From assembly GCA_032718475.1 (NCBI GenBank), contig JAUCBJ010005881.1:1-64000 (forward strand): DNA of 64,000 nt. Direction: 5' to 3'. This document shows positions 61,964 through 64,000 of this stretch, in pieces (within the stretch, counting starts at the first letter, position 1; each line of letters opens with the position of its first letter). The notes under the pieces were generated by a model. That model was given only the letters and a program-made list of their open reading frames with translations. It was not told the origin of the DNA and made no database searches. Made by a program: the position numbers and the translations under genes. The DNA is from Nemertoderma westbladi (taxonomy: Eukaryota; Animalia; Xenacoelomorpha).

Positions 61964-62561
61964 ATCTTGATTGACAACAAACTAACTTGGAAATACCAAT
62001 GCGCATACATACACAAAAAATATCAAAATCATGCGGTATATTTTTTAAACTACGTTATATCTTACCACAGAATTTACTAAAATTACTTTATTTTTCACTT
62101 ATTCATCCATACACACAATACGGTATAATACTATGGGGCAATACTCACAACAAATATATACAACCAATTCGAGTCAAAATAAATAAAATTGTAAGAGCCA
62201 TCGTTTTTAGCCATTATCAGTCATATTCAAAACCAATTTATAAACAACTAAACATACTACCGTTAGAAAACATTGACAAACTTGAAGTAGCGAAATTAAT
62301 GTGGGACATAAATAACAATAAATAACAACCTTTTATCACATCTTTATTTCATCAGAAATCAAAAATACATAAATATAATACTAGATCAGTAGCGTCTTTA
62401 AATTTCTTTCTCCCTCGAACTCGGTTACTATCAACACAAAACTCACTAAAATATAGCGGCACAAAAATATGGAATTCAATAGAGTTTGGCTTAAAAAATA
62501 ATAAATCCAAGAAATATTTAGCAAGAAAGTACAAGACATATTTAATAAACAACCAGAATTA
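61964..62561 (+). mobile_element. 3' remnant of an L2/CR1-group (Crack/Daphne-like) LINE, host of the RTE insertion
   Basis: IDNKLTWK...KISKSCGIFFKLRY...LYFSLIHPY..YGIILWG...HKYNTR...YSGTKIWN, with a frameshift and a stop. Confidence 0.85.
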
Positions 62562-62577
62562 ACACATATAATTATAA

Positions 62578-63020
62578 CGAACCTGCCTATTAATAGGCCA
62601 GGGTAGTTTTTGTGTCAACAGTTGAGCCGTTCAAAAACACGATGTGGTTGTGTACGTGTGTGTGTGTGTGTATATATGTATAAACATCCAATATCTCAAA
62701 AACTCAAGCAGGTACGCAAAAATTTTAATAACAAACTCTACATAAATTTTAGTTGCGCACAAGACTGTATATTTTTTGCGGCGTTTCGATCACGGGGTCA
62801 CTGAAAAATAGCGGTTTTGAAAATTTAAGTCGAATTTCACCGATTTCAAATTCAACTCGTCGAGTATGCACCAACTTTTTTATTTGGGCTATTCAGTCAT
62901 TTGAGCAACATATTTGAGGCTCAAAATCTTTTCAAATATCGCCAATCTCGCACAGAACGTCGCCAAAATTTGTTAGTCCTGCAAAAAAAACCGCAAAAAA
63001 TTCGTCTAAAATTATTGGTT
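62578..63020 (+). mobile_element. Helentron/DINE-like non-autonomous element fragment
   Basis: Begins with a hairpin (CCTG.CCTATTAATAGG.CAGG), followed by a (GT)n microsatellite; 3' limit uncertain. Confidence 0.4.
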
Positions 63021-64000
63021 GCAGAATAATATAATTGAACTAGAAAAGCCAACAAACTGGCTATAAGGAGAGCGTCCATAGACAAACGTAGTGTTAGTTG
63101 GGTCCCTCCTCATTCATTATCATCAACCTATACTGTAAAACATTTGAACGACCCAGTGCTTACAATGATATTCCCATATGATTCACTGGGAAGAGCTATT
63201 CAGCTGGCGGGGTAATACATTATAAACAGTTGATGTTTGATTACTGTCTGGGATAGAGTGAGAGAGTAATAAATTTAGCAAGTAATATTATACGTATGTG
63301 CAGTTTGGGCCTATCCATTAAATAAATAGTTGTAGCTTACTAGGCCCTCATGAGTACCAGCAGCTGGTGTTTCTATCGTTGAGTTGATGGCAATTTTCGT
63401 GTTTTCATTTTCGCTCACTCAGGGTACTATTTAGAGGGACAGGTTCGTTTAAAGCCAGCTTGCTGGATTCTAGTATTTGAATATTAATATTAATAAATTA
63501 ACACACACGAAATAACATTAATCTCATCTTCATCAATGAATAATCTTGTCTTGTCATTATTCTCTCTCTTCTAAAATAGTATGAAAGTTTATTAATTAAT
63601 TTTGTATAACGGTGTGCCCACACGTTGCTTTCTGTACGCATAATACTAGACATTACTATATAATTATATTATAAGTTTTATAAATATTTACAATAGACAT
63701 AAAGGGGAAAAAACAGAACTCAATTTAACCCGAAATTAGAAGTAACGTATATTATGATGGCATGAACCCTTCTCTTTATATCTACGCGCAACAACAGCAA
63801 AATAGAACAACACTAGCTATGCTACTGTTATTTTTAGTGATTTAAAATCTATATCTACTATACTATTACATTACTATCACAAACATTACAAATTTTAGCA
63901 AAATAAACGTTAATTTGTAAGATTGAGAAATTGTAGTGCTATAACTATAATGTTGGCATCATGTCATATATTGCGTAAATGGAAATTATTCGAGTTCTAT

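Overview
AT-rich, repeat-dense animal (invertebrate-like) genomic DNA. The only host gene recognised is a minus-strand ferlin (myoferlin/dysferlin-like), represented by three N-terminal C2A coding exons at 1352-3409. The window is dominated by two giant BEL/Pao LTR retrotransposons inserted head-to-tail, 18 bp apart, in one 32-bp satellite array. Element 1 (14790-29269; 1.9-kb LTRs with TA...TA ends; TSD GAGAT) encodes an unbroken 2290-aa Gag-protease-integrase polyprotein with no RT/RNase H. Element 2 (29288-47899; 1180-bp TG...CA LTRs; TSD AAACG) has a complete but lightly decayed gag-pol. Neither has a tRNA-type primer-binding site. In both, the bases directly after the 5' LTR are complementary to a site inside the element's own LTR, which suggests self-priming. 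Both carry a homologous downstream non-env accessory ORF (triple Cys/His knuckle plus a conserved flanking block), and in element 2 it is preceded by a DEDDy 3'-5' exonuclease-like domain. Other content: an 8-kb CACAGTG-ended TIR element with a 4-bp TSD in a 20-bp satellite, a young RTE LINE with a 12-bp TSD nested in an L2/CR1-type remnant, MITE/Helentron-like elements, a tRNA-derived SINE and several minisatellites. Most long ORFs in the supplied track are artefacts of tandem repeats. All alignments and difference counts were done by eye.
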